Assembly: GCA_963818385.1 (NCBI GenBank)
Contig: CAWFRU010000004.1
Span: 513,911 to 577,910 of the forward strand
From: an uncultured Phycisphaerales bacterium
GTDB lineage: Bacteria; Planctomycetota; Phycisphaerae; Tepidisphaerales; Tepidisphaeraceae
Direction: 5' to 3'
Length of the DNA: 64,000 nucleotides
The notes under the pieces were generated by a model. That model was not told the DNA's origin, did not search any database, and saw only the letters and a program-made list of their open reading frames with translations. How positions within the stretch are numbered: the first letter of the stretch is position 1; each line of letters begins with the position of its first letter. Below are positions 9,796-19,835 of the stretch, one piece after another. Position numbers and translations under genes: made by a program.

Positions 9796-12479
9796 ATGAT
9801 TTCGCTGCCGATTGATGGGTATCTGGGGGAGATTGTCGATGCGCTGCGGGGCGCGAAATCGGTGGTGGTGGTGGCTGAGCCGGGGGCGGGGAAGACGACG
9901 CGGGTGGCGCCGGGGATTTTGCGGGGTGGGGTTCTTTCCCGCGAGCATCCGAATATCGTGATGCTTCAACCGCGGCGGGTTGCGGCGCGGGCGGCGGCGG
10001 CGCGGATTGCGCAGGAAAACGGGTGGGACGTCGGGCGGGAAGTGGGGTATCAGATACGGTTTGAAAAGCGGATCACGGCTCAGACCCGGCTGCGGGTTTT
10101 GACTGAGGGGGTGCTTACCCGGCAGATGTTGGACGATCCGTTTCTGGAGGGCGTGGGGGCGGTGATTTTGGATGAGTTTCATGAGCGGTCGCTGCATGTC
10201 GATCTGGCGATCGCGATGCTTCGGGAGATGCGGCAGACGGTTCGGCCGGACCTGCTGATCGTGGTGATGTCGGCGACGATGGACGCCGGGCCGGCAGCGA
10301 AATTTTGGGGGATTGCCCGATTATCGATGTGCCGGGTAGGACGTTTGGGGTGGAGATTGAGTATCGGGGGGGTGGTGGAGTTTCGGCCGTCGAGCGGGTG
10401 AGGGATGCGGTGGAAGAGGTTGTGGGTCGGAAGGAAAGCGCGGGGGATGTGCTGGTTTTTCTGCCTGGGGCACAGGAGATTCGGGGCGCAGCGCGAGCTG
10501 GCTGGTATTGGGCAGCGGCATGATCTGGCGGTGCTGCCGCTGTATGGGAGTTTGCCGGCTGAGGAGCAGATGACCGCGCTTCAGCCATCGAGCCGGCGGA
10601 AGATCATTCTGGCGACGAACATCGCGGAGACTTCGCTGACCATCGAGGGCGTGCGCTGGGTGATCGACGCGGGATTGGCGCGGGTGCCGATGTTTGACGT
10701 GCGACGGGGACTGGACCGGCTGGAGCTGAAACGGATCAGCAAGGCTTCGGCCACGCAGCGAGCGGGTGCGCGGGCCGGACCGCGCCGGGAAAATGTTTGC
10801 GGCTCTGGTCGGCGAAGGAGCAGGCGGGGCTCGAGGAATTTGAATTGCCGGAGATCCAGCGGGTGGATCTGTGCGGGGCGGTGCTGGATTTGCATGCCTG
10901 GGGGAAATCCGATCCGGGGGGGTTTGGATGGTTTGAAGCCCCCCCGCCGGAGGCGCTCGAACATGCGAGGAGTTTGCTGGGGATGCTGGGGGCGGTGGAT
11001 TCGCAGGGCGTAACGGAATTGGGTGGGCGGCTGATGAAATTGCCGGTGCATCCGCGGATTGGAAGGATGCTGTGCGAGGCGGCGGATCGGGGGTGCGCCG
11101 AGGAGGGGGCAATTCTGGCGGCGATGCTTTCGGAGGAGGTGAGGCAGGCGAAGAAGGGCGCGCCGGCGACCATTGGGGATAGCGATTTGCTGGTGATGAT
11201 GGATGGTTCGCAGGACCCTGACGTGCGGCGGGTGAGCGCGGAATTGCTGCGGATTGGGCGAAGATTGGGGGGATCGGCGCGGAGATCGCCGGATCGGGAG
11301 ACGCTTTTGAAGCTGCCGCTTTTTGGGTATCCGGATCGGGTTTGCCGGCGGAGGGAGCGAGATCCGTCGGCGGCGGTGATGGTGGGCGGAGGGGGTGTGA
11401 GGCTGGATCGGGAATCGGTGGTGCGCCAGGGGGAATTTTTTCTGGCGCTGGATGCGCGCAGCGACCCGCGAATGTCGAGCCGGGAGGCGGCGGTGCGGAT
11501 CGCGAGCGCGATCGAGCCGGGGTGGCTGGTGGAGATGTTTCCTCAGTCGATCGTTCGGGAGCAGGTTGCGGAGTTTGATCCTAAGCGCGAGGCGGTGGTT
11601 GGGCGAAGGATTGTGCGGTATCGCGACCTGGTTTTGTCGGAAGAAATGGATGCGGCGGTTAATCCGGCCGAAGCCGGGAAAAAGCTGGGTGAGGCGCTTG
11701 GGGCGCGTGCGGGAGAGTTTTTTGCGGCGGATAAGGGGGCGGCAAACATTCTCGGTCGGGTGGCGCTGCTGCGGCGGGCGATGCCGGAGCATGGCTGGCC
11801 GAAGTTCGACGATGCGCAGCTTGGGGAGATTTTCGCAGAGCTGTGCGCGGGAAAGCGGAGGGTGGAGGAGGTCCGCCGATCCGGGCTGGGGGCGGCGCTG
11901 GAGGGGCGGCTTCAATATCCGCTGGATCAGGTTCTTCGGCGTGAAGCGCCGGAGGCGCTGGAGGTTCCGAGCGGGAGCACGATTCGTTTGCAGTATCGCG
12001 GGGAGCAGTCGCCGATATTGGCGGTGCGATTGCAGGAGGTTTTCTCCTGGCAGGATACGCCGAGGGTTGCGGCGGGAAGAGTTGCGGTGGTTTTGCATTT
12101 GCTTGGACCTAATTTTCGGCCGGTGCAGATCACGGATGATCTGCGGAGCTTTTGGAAAACGATGTATTTTCAGGTTCGGAAAGACCTTAGAGTCAGATAT
12201 CCGAAACATTCCTGGCCGGATGATCCGCTTACCGCGAAGGCGGTTGCGAAGGGCTGCCGAAACACAAATGAATTCTTGCGCTCTGGCGCCTTGAGCGAAG
12301 CGAGCGGTTATAAGATTTTTAACCGCCAAGACGCCAAGAGTGCCAAGAAAAGACAACAGTTGGATTCATCCGGAGGCGCAATGGGTTTTCCAGGTTTGGC
12401 GGTAGGCGGTTTCCATGTCGCGGGTGAATTTCGGGAAATTCATGAGGGGGGAGGATTGGAATTTTGCGCGGAGAGTTGA
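9796..12479 (+). CDS. hrpB: ATP-dependent RNA helicase HrpB (DEAH box), three frameshifts, 3' end uncertain
   Basis: AEPGAGKTT (Walker A), DEFHERS and SATMD, then PIIDVPGRTFGVEIEY, LVFLPG..EI, VLPLYGSLPAEEQ, ILATNIAETSLTIEGV and a C-terminal YPKHSWPDDP. The frames change near 10308, 10490 and 10770. The last 60 or so codons of the open frame read through a repeat and the antisense of the next gene, so the true stop is probably near 12270. Confidence 0.85.
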
Positions 12480-14020
12480 GCGGAGATTTGTGAGGCGGGC
12501 GGTGTCGGCGGCGAGATTTGCGGCGATCTTCACGAAATCGTCAGGGGATTTGGCGATGAGGTCGGGGAGGCCGGTGTTTTGGAGGATGCTTGCACCGGCG
12601 CGGCCGGCGGCGGTGCGGCCGGGGAGGGTGATGACGGGGAGGCCCATCCAGAGGGCGTCGCAGGAGGTGGTGATGCCGTTGTAGGGGAGGGGGTCGAGGC
12701 AGATGTCGATGTGGTCGTAGGCGCGGAGATATTGGCGTCGGTCGCAGCGCGGGGCGAATTGGACGCGGTTGGAGGAGATGCCGTTAGATTCGAAAGTGGA
12801 GAGGATGCGGGCGCGGTGGGCGTTGGAGATGGCCTGGATGAGGATTTGGGAATCGGGGACGGCGCAAAGGACCTGGGACCAGAGCTTTAGCAGCGGGTCG
12901 TTGAGCTTGCAGGGATTGTTGAGGGAGCCGAAACAAATCGGTCCGGGCGGTGCGGGGTTGCGGGTGGTTCGGTGCTCATCGGGTCGTAGCAGATCCAGGT
13001 GCTGGAGAGATGGATCGATTGCTCGTTGTAATTTTCGTCTTGGGTAATCGAAGAACCCACGGCGGCGCGGCTCGACTGAGCTCGCCGAAGTCCGTGGGCG
13101 TTCGGGGAAAGAGGATCTAAGTAGGGATCCGTGATGCGGTAGTCTATGGCGTCGAGGCCTGAACCGCCGGGGTAGGCGAGCCAGGCGATCTGGATGGGGG
13201 CGGGTTTTTGGGCGAAGGCCAGGGGGCGATTGTTGGCCATGTGCATGGCGAGGTCGATAGCGATGTCGATGTGGGCGGCGCGGATTTTTGTACGAGTTGC
13301 TGGCGCGTGAAGCCGGCGACGTCGTGCCAGACGTGGGCGGCGTTTTTCAGGCGCTGGGTGACGGCGTCGGGGCGGTTACTGTCGCTAAAGCAGTGGATTT
13401 CGAAATTCTGGCGGTCGTGGGATTCGAGGAGGGGGAGGACGAAAAATGACTCGGCGTGCTTCCAGAAATAGGGGGAGACGTAGGCGATGCGAAGGGGACG
13501 ATCGGGGTCGCGATTATTTTCGTGGGGGCGGATGAGGGGCTTCAGCGGAGCGGCATGAAACTGATTCCAACGGCGCTGCTCGGCGAGAAGGGATTGGGGT
13601 GTGCTTCGGGGATCGAATTCCAGGGTGTAAACCATTCCGCTGTGAATGATGGGGTTGTGGGGATCGAGCTCGGCGGCCTGCTTGAACGCATCGACGGCGG
13701 GTTCGATCTGGCCGTCTTCCTTGAGAATGAGCCCGAGGGTGTTTCGGTAGGAGGCTTCGCGCGGGTTGAGCTGCGTCGCGGTTTGGGCGGAGGGGAGGGC
13801 TTCGTCGATGCGGCCGAGGTCGTAGAGGCAGAGGGCGAGAATGTGATGTGCGTCGGAGCAGTTCGAGTCGAGTGCGATGGCGCGGTGGGCGGCGGCGATG
13901 CCGTCTTCGGCGCGGGCGAGGTGGCGAAGAAGCCAGGCGCGATTGGCCCAACCCTGGGGCCACTGCGGACGGAGTTCGAGGAGCTGGTCGAGGGAGGTTA
14001 GGGCGTCGGCGTAGCGGTTT
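12366..14020 (-). CDS. TPR + GT41 (SPINDLY/O-GlcNAc-transferase-like) glycosyltransferase, module 1, 2 frameshifts
   Basis: TPR stretch ..YADALTSLDQLLELRPQWPQGW..LGRIDEAL.., then YTLEFDPRSTPQ..RIAYVSPYF..AESFF..LLESHD. A shift occurs at the T5 run 13285..13289. The sequence continues ..IQIAWLAYPGGSGLDAIDYRITDPYLDP.., shifts again near 12937, and ends ..ICLDPLPYNGITTSCDALWMGLPVITLPGRTAAGRAGASIL. Confidence 0.75.
13056..13098 (+). repeat. hairpin repeat family B, copy B1 (inside GT41 module 1, split by a 24-nt insert)
   Basis: cccacggcggcg [cggctcgactgagctcgccgaagt] ccgtggg. The insert adds LRRAQSSR in frame (..NAHG-LRRAQSSR-AAVG..). Confidence 0.8.
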
Positions 14021-15858
14021 TCATTGACGAGTTTGACGGTCAGGGCATGGTAATGTTCGGGATCGGCGGGACTCGGGTTGCACCAGACGGACCAGACGTT
14101 TCGATAGGCGGCTTCGATGTCGCGGGCGAATTTTTTTTGCGTTCATCATGGACGAGGATTCGATTCGGCCGCGGAGGGATTGGCGCAGGTCGGCGAGCCG
14201 CGGGGAGTCGGCGGCGAGGTTCGCGGCGATCTTCACGAATTCATCCGGGGTTTTGGCGATGAGGTCGGGGAGGCCGACGTTTTGGAGGATGCTTGCACCG
14301 GCGCGGCCGGCGGCGGTTTGGCCGAGGAGGGTGATGACAGGGACGCCCATCCAGAGGGCGTCGCAGGAGGTGGTGATGCCGTTATAAGGGAGGGGGTCGA
14401 GGCAGATGTCGATGCGGTCGTAGGCGCGGAGATATTTGGGGCGCGGGCAGCGGACGGCGAATTTAACGCGGTCGCCGGGGATTCCGCGGGATTCGAAGAA
14501 GGCGCGGATGCGGGCGCGGTGGGCGGCGGAGTTGGCCTGAAGGAATATCTGGGAATCGGGGACGGCGTGGAGGACTTTTGACCAGAGATCCAGCAAAGGG
14601 TCGTTGAGCTTGCAGGGGTTGTTCACGGAGCCGAAACGGATGGGGCCTGTAGGGCGCGGGGTTGCGGGGGGCTCGTCGCTCATGGGGTTGTAGCAGATCC
14701 AAGTGGTGAGGAGATGGATGGATTGCTCGTGGTAATTGTCGTCGTGGGTGATTGTGGGACCCACGGCGGCGCCGTGGGCGTTCGGGGAAAGAGGATCTAA
14801 GTAGGGATCCGTGATGCGGTAGTCGATGGCGTCGAGTCCGGAGCCCCCGGGGTAGGCTAACCAGGCGATCTGGATGGGGGCGGGTTTTTGGGCGATGGCT
14901 GGGGCGCGGTTATGGGCCATGTGCATGGCTAGGTCGATGAGGATGTCGATTCGATCGCCGCGGATTTTTTCGGCGAGCTGGTTGTGGGTGAGGGAGGCGG
15001 TTTCGTGCCAGGCGTGGGCGGATTTTCGGAGGCGGTCGGTGATCTCATCCGGTTCTTTGCAGTCGCTGTAGCAGTGGATTTCGACTTGGGCGGGGTCGTG
15101 GGATTCGAGGAGGGGGAGGACGAAGAATGTCTCGGCGTGCTGGCGGAAATAGGGGGAGACGTAGGCGATCCGCAGTCGGCGATTCGGGTCGCGGTCGTTT
15201 TCGTGGGGGCGGAATTCGATCTTGAGCGATTCCTTGAATCGCTGGTTCAGGAGGCGCTGATTCGCCAGGAGGGACTGGGGCGTGGAGCGCGGGTCGAATT
15301 CGAGGCTGTAGGCGCGGTTACTGAGGAAGACGGGGTGATTGGGTTCGAGCTGGAGGGATTTGTCCATTTCGGCGAGGGCGGCTTCGAGTTGGCCATCTTC
15401 TTTCAGGATGCGCCAAGGGTGTTGTGGGCGGCGCCGCTGGTGGGATTGAGCTCGACGGCGCGGCGGGCGGCGGGAAGGGCCTCGTCGATGTTGGCGAGGT
15501 CCATGAGGGTGACGGCAAGATAGTAGTGGGCTTCGAAAGCTTCGGGGGCGGAGGGATGGAGTTCGATGGCGCGGCGATAGGATTCGACGGCGCCCTTGGA
15601 ATCCGCGGCGGATTTTCGGGCGCGGGCGAGATTGATGTGAAAGCCGGGGGTGTTGGGCTGGAGGGTGATGGCTTTGCGGATCAGGTCGATGGCTTCAGAG
15701 TGTGCGCCTTTTTGGGCGCAGAGGACGCCGAGGAGGTGGAGGGCGTCGGGGGAATCGGGCGAGGTTGCGAGGGCCTGGCGGTAGAGACGTTCGGCCTCAC
15801 TGAAACGGCCGGCCTGATGGTGGGCCATGGCGGCGGTTAGTTGCTGGTGGAGGTTCAT
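14021..15858 (-). CDS. TPR + GT41-like glycosyltransferase, module 2, frameshift near 15412
   Basis: MNLHQQLTAAMAHHQAGRFSEAERLYRQAL.. (TPR, ORF 15403..15879) continues as ..ILKEDGQLEAALAEMDKSLQLEPNHP.. into ORF 14021..15367, which carries the same GT41 motifs as module 1. The stop at 14021 is reached only because of the T8 run at 14131..14138. Confidence 0.75.
14750..14768 (+). repeat. hairpin repeat family B, copy B2 (inside GT41 module 2)
   Basis: cccacggcggcgccgtggg followed by cgtt. It is read on the minus strand as ..NAHGAAVG... Confidence 0.9.
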
Positions 15859-18173
15859 TGGGCGATTCCCCCGATCCATATTTGCCGAAGGGCGGATTCA
15901 AAGTCGCGGGCGAATTGGAGGAAATCCATCAGGGGAGAAGGCGAAGGCGATCGCGCAGGGTGGACCGTAATTCTTTCAGACGGGCGCGATTATTGGCTAA
16001 TTCCCGGGCGATTTCGATGAATTGGTCTTCGCCGGGGGCGATGAGTTCGGGGAGGCCGACGTTGGCGAGGATGCTTTTTCCGGCCCTGCCGGCGGCGGTG
16101 CGGCCGGGGAGAGTGATGACGGGGACGCCCATCCAGAGGGCGTCGCAGGTGGTGGTGATTCCGTTGTAGGGGAGGGGATCGAGGCAGATATCGATCTGGT
16201 CGTAGAGGCGGAGATATTGGTCGCGGTTCAGGCGCGAGGCGAAGTGGAGGCGGGCGGAGGAGACGGCGGCGGAATCGAAGATGGCAGTGATCTTGTCGCG
16301 CTGCTCCTGGGAGAGGGATTGGATGACGAGGGTTGAATCGGGGACTGCGCTGAGGAGTTTGGCCCAGAGGCTGAGGGTGGGGTCGCTGAGTTTGCAGGGG
16401 TTGTTAAGGCAGCCGAAACGGATGGGGCCCGAGTTGCTCATTGGGGCGGCGGGGATGTCGGTGAGGGGGTTGTAGCAGGCCCAGGTGTGGGGGAGGAGGA
16501 TCGATTGCTCATGGTAATTTTCGTCTTTAGTAATCGAATTCCCCACGGCGGCGCCGTGGGCGTTTCGGGATTGCGGATCCAGGTACGGGTCGGTGATGCG
16601 GTAGTCGATGGTGTCGAGTCCGGAACCCCCCGGGTAGGCTAACCAGGCGATCTGGATGGGGGCGGTTTTTTGGACGAGGGTCAGGAGGCGGTTGTGGGAC
16701 ATGTGCATGGCGAGGTCGATGAGGATGTCGATGCGATCGGCGCGGATTTTTTCGGCGAGCTGGTTGTGGGAAAGGGCGGTGGTGATGTGCCATACGTTGG
16801 CGGTGCGCTTGAGGCGGTCGGTGATTTCGTCGGTGCGGATGGCGTCGCTGTAGCAGTGGATTTCGAAATTTTCGTGGTCGTGGGATTCCAGGAGGGGGAG
16901 GACGAAGAAGGATTCGGCGTGGCCGTGGAAATAGGGGGAGAGATATCCTATGCGCAGAGGACTGCGCTGCGCGAGAAAGGGGAGCAGTAGAGGGAGATGG
17001 GGAAACGCGGTGGAGTTCGTTCCATTTTCTTTGTTCGGCGAGGAGGGACTTTGCATCGGCGCGGGGGTCGAATTCTAGGGTGTAGATTTTGTTGCTGCGA
17101 TGGGTGGGGTTGGCTGGATCGAGTTCCAGGGCGCGATCGAGGGAGGCGATGGAGGCGGGGATGTCGCCGGCGTCTTTGAGGGCCCAGGCCAGGGTGGCGA
17201 GGGCTTCGGGGGAGCGGGGGTTGAGCTCGACGGCGCGGCGCGCGGGGGTGAGAGCGTCGTCGATGCGTTCGAGGATGAGGAGGGAGCCGGCGAGGTTGAT
17301 GTGGGCCTCGGGGAGGTTGGGATCGATGTCGATGGCGCGCTGGGCGGCAAGGGCGGCCTCATGGGGGCGGCCGGCATCGCGGAGGGTGGTGGCGCGGTTG
17401 ACCCAGGGGGTGGGCCAGTTGGGCTGGAGGGCGATGGCCTTGTCGAGGGCGACGAGGGCTTCGTCGAAACGCTTTCGGGCGGTGAGGGAGATAGAGAGGT
17501 TGTTGAGGATTTTGGGGGCGTTGGGCTGGAGGGTGAGGGCCTGATTGAAGCAGGTGATGGATTCGTCGATTCGGCCGAGCTCGCGGAGGGAATTTCCGCG
17601 GGCGGCGGCGGCGTCGGGGAAATGGGGCTGGAGGGAGAGGGCTTTGTCGGCGCAGTCGAGAGCTTCGGTGAATTTTTTCTGCTCGTTGAGGATGTGGGCG
17701 AGGTTGGACCAGGCGATGACGAAATCGGGGCGGATTTTTAAGACGGCTCGGCAGCAGTCGGCGGCATCGTTAAAAAGGCGGCGTTCGAAATAGAGGCCGC
17801 CGAGGTTGGAGAGGGCTTCGACGTAGTCGGGGCGGAGCGCTATGGCGCGTCGATAGCAGGCGATGGATTCGTCGAATTGGCCGGCGGCGTGATGGATGTT
17901 GGCGAGGCTGGCGTGGAAGGTGGGAGCATTGGGATGGAGGTGGATGGCGCGGCGGACTAATTCGATGGCCTGGGGGTGATGACCGGTTTGGGAGAAGAGG
18001 AGGCCGAGGAGGTGAAGGGCGTCGGGGTTGTTGGGATCGGCGGCGAGGATTTTCTGGTAGATGGATTGGGCGTCGCGGAGGCGGCCGGCCTGGTGGTGCT
18101 GGAGAGCGAGGGCGAGGGCCTGGGGGAGGGTGAAGTTTGATTCTGTGGGGTTGGACATGGGCGTTTTTTTCAT
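15855..18173 (-). CDS. TPR + GT41-like glycosyltransferase, module 3, 2 frameshifts
   Basis: About 10 TPRs in ORF 16527..18173, a shift near 16965 into ORF 15929..17056 (GT41 domain), then a shift near 15930 to the C-terminus SPLMDFLQFARDFESALRQIW. The stop TGA at 15855..15857 overlaps the module 2 ATG (15858..15856) as ATGA. Confidence 0.75.
16542..16560 (+). repeat. hairpin repeat family B, copy B3 (inside GT41 module 3)
   Basis: cccacggcggcgccgtggg followed by cgttt. It is read as ..NAHGAAVG... Confidence 0.9.
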
Positions 18174-18194
18174 CGCTTAGAATAATTGAAATAC

Positions 18195-18213
18195 CCCACC
18201 GCGGCGCGGTGGG
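18195..18213 (+). repeat. hairpin repeat family B, copy B4 (compensatory stem variant)
   Basis: cccaccgcggcgcggtggg followed by cgttcc. Relative to the consensus, both stem halves changed (GG to CG on the left, CC to CG on the right), which keeps the palindrome perfect. Confidence 0.85.
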
Positions 18214-18228
18214 CGTTCCGATATATAT

Positions 18229-19602
18229 CTACTTTCGTTTATGTGAATGGGGTTTGGGTTTTGGGGAAACGCGGTTTTTGGGGGTGCTGCGGGGGGTTTC
18301 GTTACCGTTGACGGGGTCGAAGAGTTTAAAAAGCATGGAGGGGTGGCCGTTGCGGTGGGGCCAGGTGATTTGTCCTAGGCCGGCTTTTTCCAGGGCGTTT
18401 AGGAAGTTGACGGCGATGGCGGTGGAGGAGCGGAAGAAGCGGGAGGAGTGGACGAGTTGGCGCGGGGTGATGACGCCGCCCAGGGAACGGATGATGTGGA
18501 GATGGTGGTCGAAGTCGGGGTCTTCGTTTTGGGCGAGCTGGGGGAGAGTGGCGTGGAGATGGATGGTGTGATGGAGGAAGAATTCGAGGACCGTGATGGC
18601 ATTCTCTAACTGGTGGGTGGGGACGGTGGTTTCTTGCGCGGGTTTGGGGGATTCCAGGAGGTGGAAGATGAGGGCTAGGCGCGGGGCGAGGGAGATGAGG
18701 TTGTGGAGGTGGTCGCGGAGAACGGGGTTGGACTGGGAGTCGGCTAGACGGCGGAGACGATTGTGGGCAGATGTGTAGATTTTTTTGGATTCTGGGGCCA
18801 GGGAGAGGGGCTGGGGGTCGTGGCCGAAGCCGGGCATGGGGATGTCGAGAAGGTTGTGGACGTGGTCGTGCCAGGATTGACGGATGGGGAGGGGGAGAGC
18901 GGGGAGTGGGATGTGGGGTCCGGGAGGGGCGGGGAAATAGAGGAGGAAAGTCAGAACAGTAGAGCAGTCGAGCAGGGGAGCAGTCGAAAGAGGGAAGAGG
19001 CCGGTGATGGAGAGGAAGGGGTTGCGGATGAAGAGGGTTGGGGGAAGGGATTTGGGTTGGTCGAAGCTGAGGGGGGAGGCAGTGAAGAATTCGTCGCGGA
19101 GGTTGGGGAGAGCGGGATGGAGGTTTTCGAGGAAGAGGAGGAGGCCGCGCGGGTTGGCGTGGAGGTTGCGGGCGATGAGGCGGGGATTGGGATCCGATAG
19201 GTAGAGCATGGGGTGGCGAAGCTCGACGATGTGGGGGCGTGATTGGCGAAGCTTGGGGGGGAGCTCGTTAAAAGCGAGGCGCTGGGCTTGGTTGTCGGCG
19301 AGGTCTCTTTCAAAATTGTCGGCGATGTGGGCTTGGTGGAGGGTGAGGGGGTTGAGGATAAGGCGGAGAAGGTGGGCGTAGCGCGGGGATTCGGGGGAGA
19401 GGAGAGCGGACCAGATGACGGGGCGGATGAGGAGGTCGGGGGTGGGGGAAAGGGGACGGGAGTTGCCAATGGCAGCGGAGGCGACGGAAAGCATGGGGAG
19501 GATGGGGGCTAGGGGGTCGAGATTGAGAGATTCCTGGGTTTGGGCGCAGAAATCGCGGAGGATTGGGGGGAGATGGGGGAGGATTTGTTGGGTATCGGTC
19601 AT
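18229..19602 (-). CDS. DUF3987-like protein (family usually found on integrated or mobile elements)
   Basis: 457-aa intact ORF. The N-terminus LPPILRDFCAQTQESLNLDPLAPILPMLSVASAAIGNS resembles the DUF3987 (YfjI-like) signature. The Walker-A position looks degenerate. Confidence 0.45.
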   Translation of the reverse strand: MTDTQQILPHLPPILRDFCAQTQESLNLDPLAPILPMLSVASAAIGNSRPLSPTPDLLIRPVIWSALLSPESPRYAHLLRLILNPLTLHQAHIADNFERDLADNQAQRLAFNELPPKLRQSRPHIVELRHPMLYLSDPNPRLIARNLHANPRGLLLFLENLHPALPNLRDEFFTASPLSFDQPKSLPPTLFIRNPFLSITGLFPLSTAPLLDCSTVLTFLLYFPAPPGPHIPLPALPLPIRQSWHDHVHNLLDIPMPGFGHDPQPLSLAPESKKIYTSAHNRLRRLADSQSNPVLRDHLHNLISLAPRLALIFHLLESPKPAQETTVPTHQLENAITVLEFFLHHTIHLHATLPQLAQNEDPDFDHHLHIIRSLGGVITPRQLVHSSRFFRSSTAIAVNFLNALEKAGLGQITWPHRNGHPSMLFKLFDPVNGNETPRSTPKNRVSPKPKPHSHKRK

Positions 19603-19623
19603 GGGTTGGGTCTCCGGTGGATT

Positions 19624-19645
19624 CCGCCGGTGGGGACACCGGCGG
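19624..19645 (+). repeat. hairpin repeat family A, copy A1
   Basis: ccgccggtggggacaccggcgg, in the divergent spacer between the DUF3987-like and esterase genes. Confidence 0.9.
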
Positions 19646-19835
19646 CACTTGGGTTTTTATACGGGACTCTATATATGGGTCCAAAGGGTGCACGTTTTGG
19701 ACCTATTTTTGGAACGTGCGGTGATTTTTTTTTGCGGGAGTGTGTTTTTTTGGTTTAAAAGAAGTAGATGAGAAGGCTTTTTTCGGTTGCGGTTCTTGAT
19801 GGGGTGGGGAAGAACTTTGCGTTTGTGCGAAGGGG

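Noticed and set aside
8470-10197. Very long reverse-strand ORFs rich in Pro/Arg/His. Examples: 8470..10197, 10581..12356, 20619..21641, 24317..25744, 26212..27135, 27540..28586, 34069..35046, 39753..41632, 44260..45294, 45542..46408, 53388..54107, 62004..62951.
   Set aside because: Each lies antisense to, or out of frame with, a gene that has clear family motifs. Their low-complexity PRH-rich translations are what the C-rich complement of a G-rich strand gives in any frame, and stop codons are rare at this GC content.
9796-12479. Programmed frameshifting or recoding as an explanation for the split hrpB, clpX, rseP and other genes.
   Set aside because: There are no slippery heptamers or downstream structures at the joins. 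The lesions affect many unrelated genes at about 1 per 2 kb, and several are simple homopolymer length changes. That is the signature of sequence error.
18229-19835. A prophage or integrative element around the DUF3987-like gene.
   Set aside because: It is a single gene only, flanked directly by housekeeping-type genes. No integrase, att repeats or structural genes are present, and its composition matches resident DNA.
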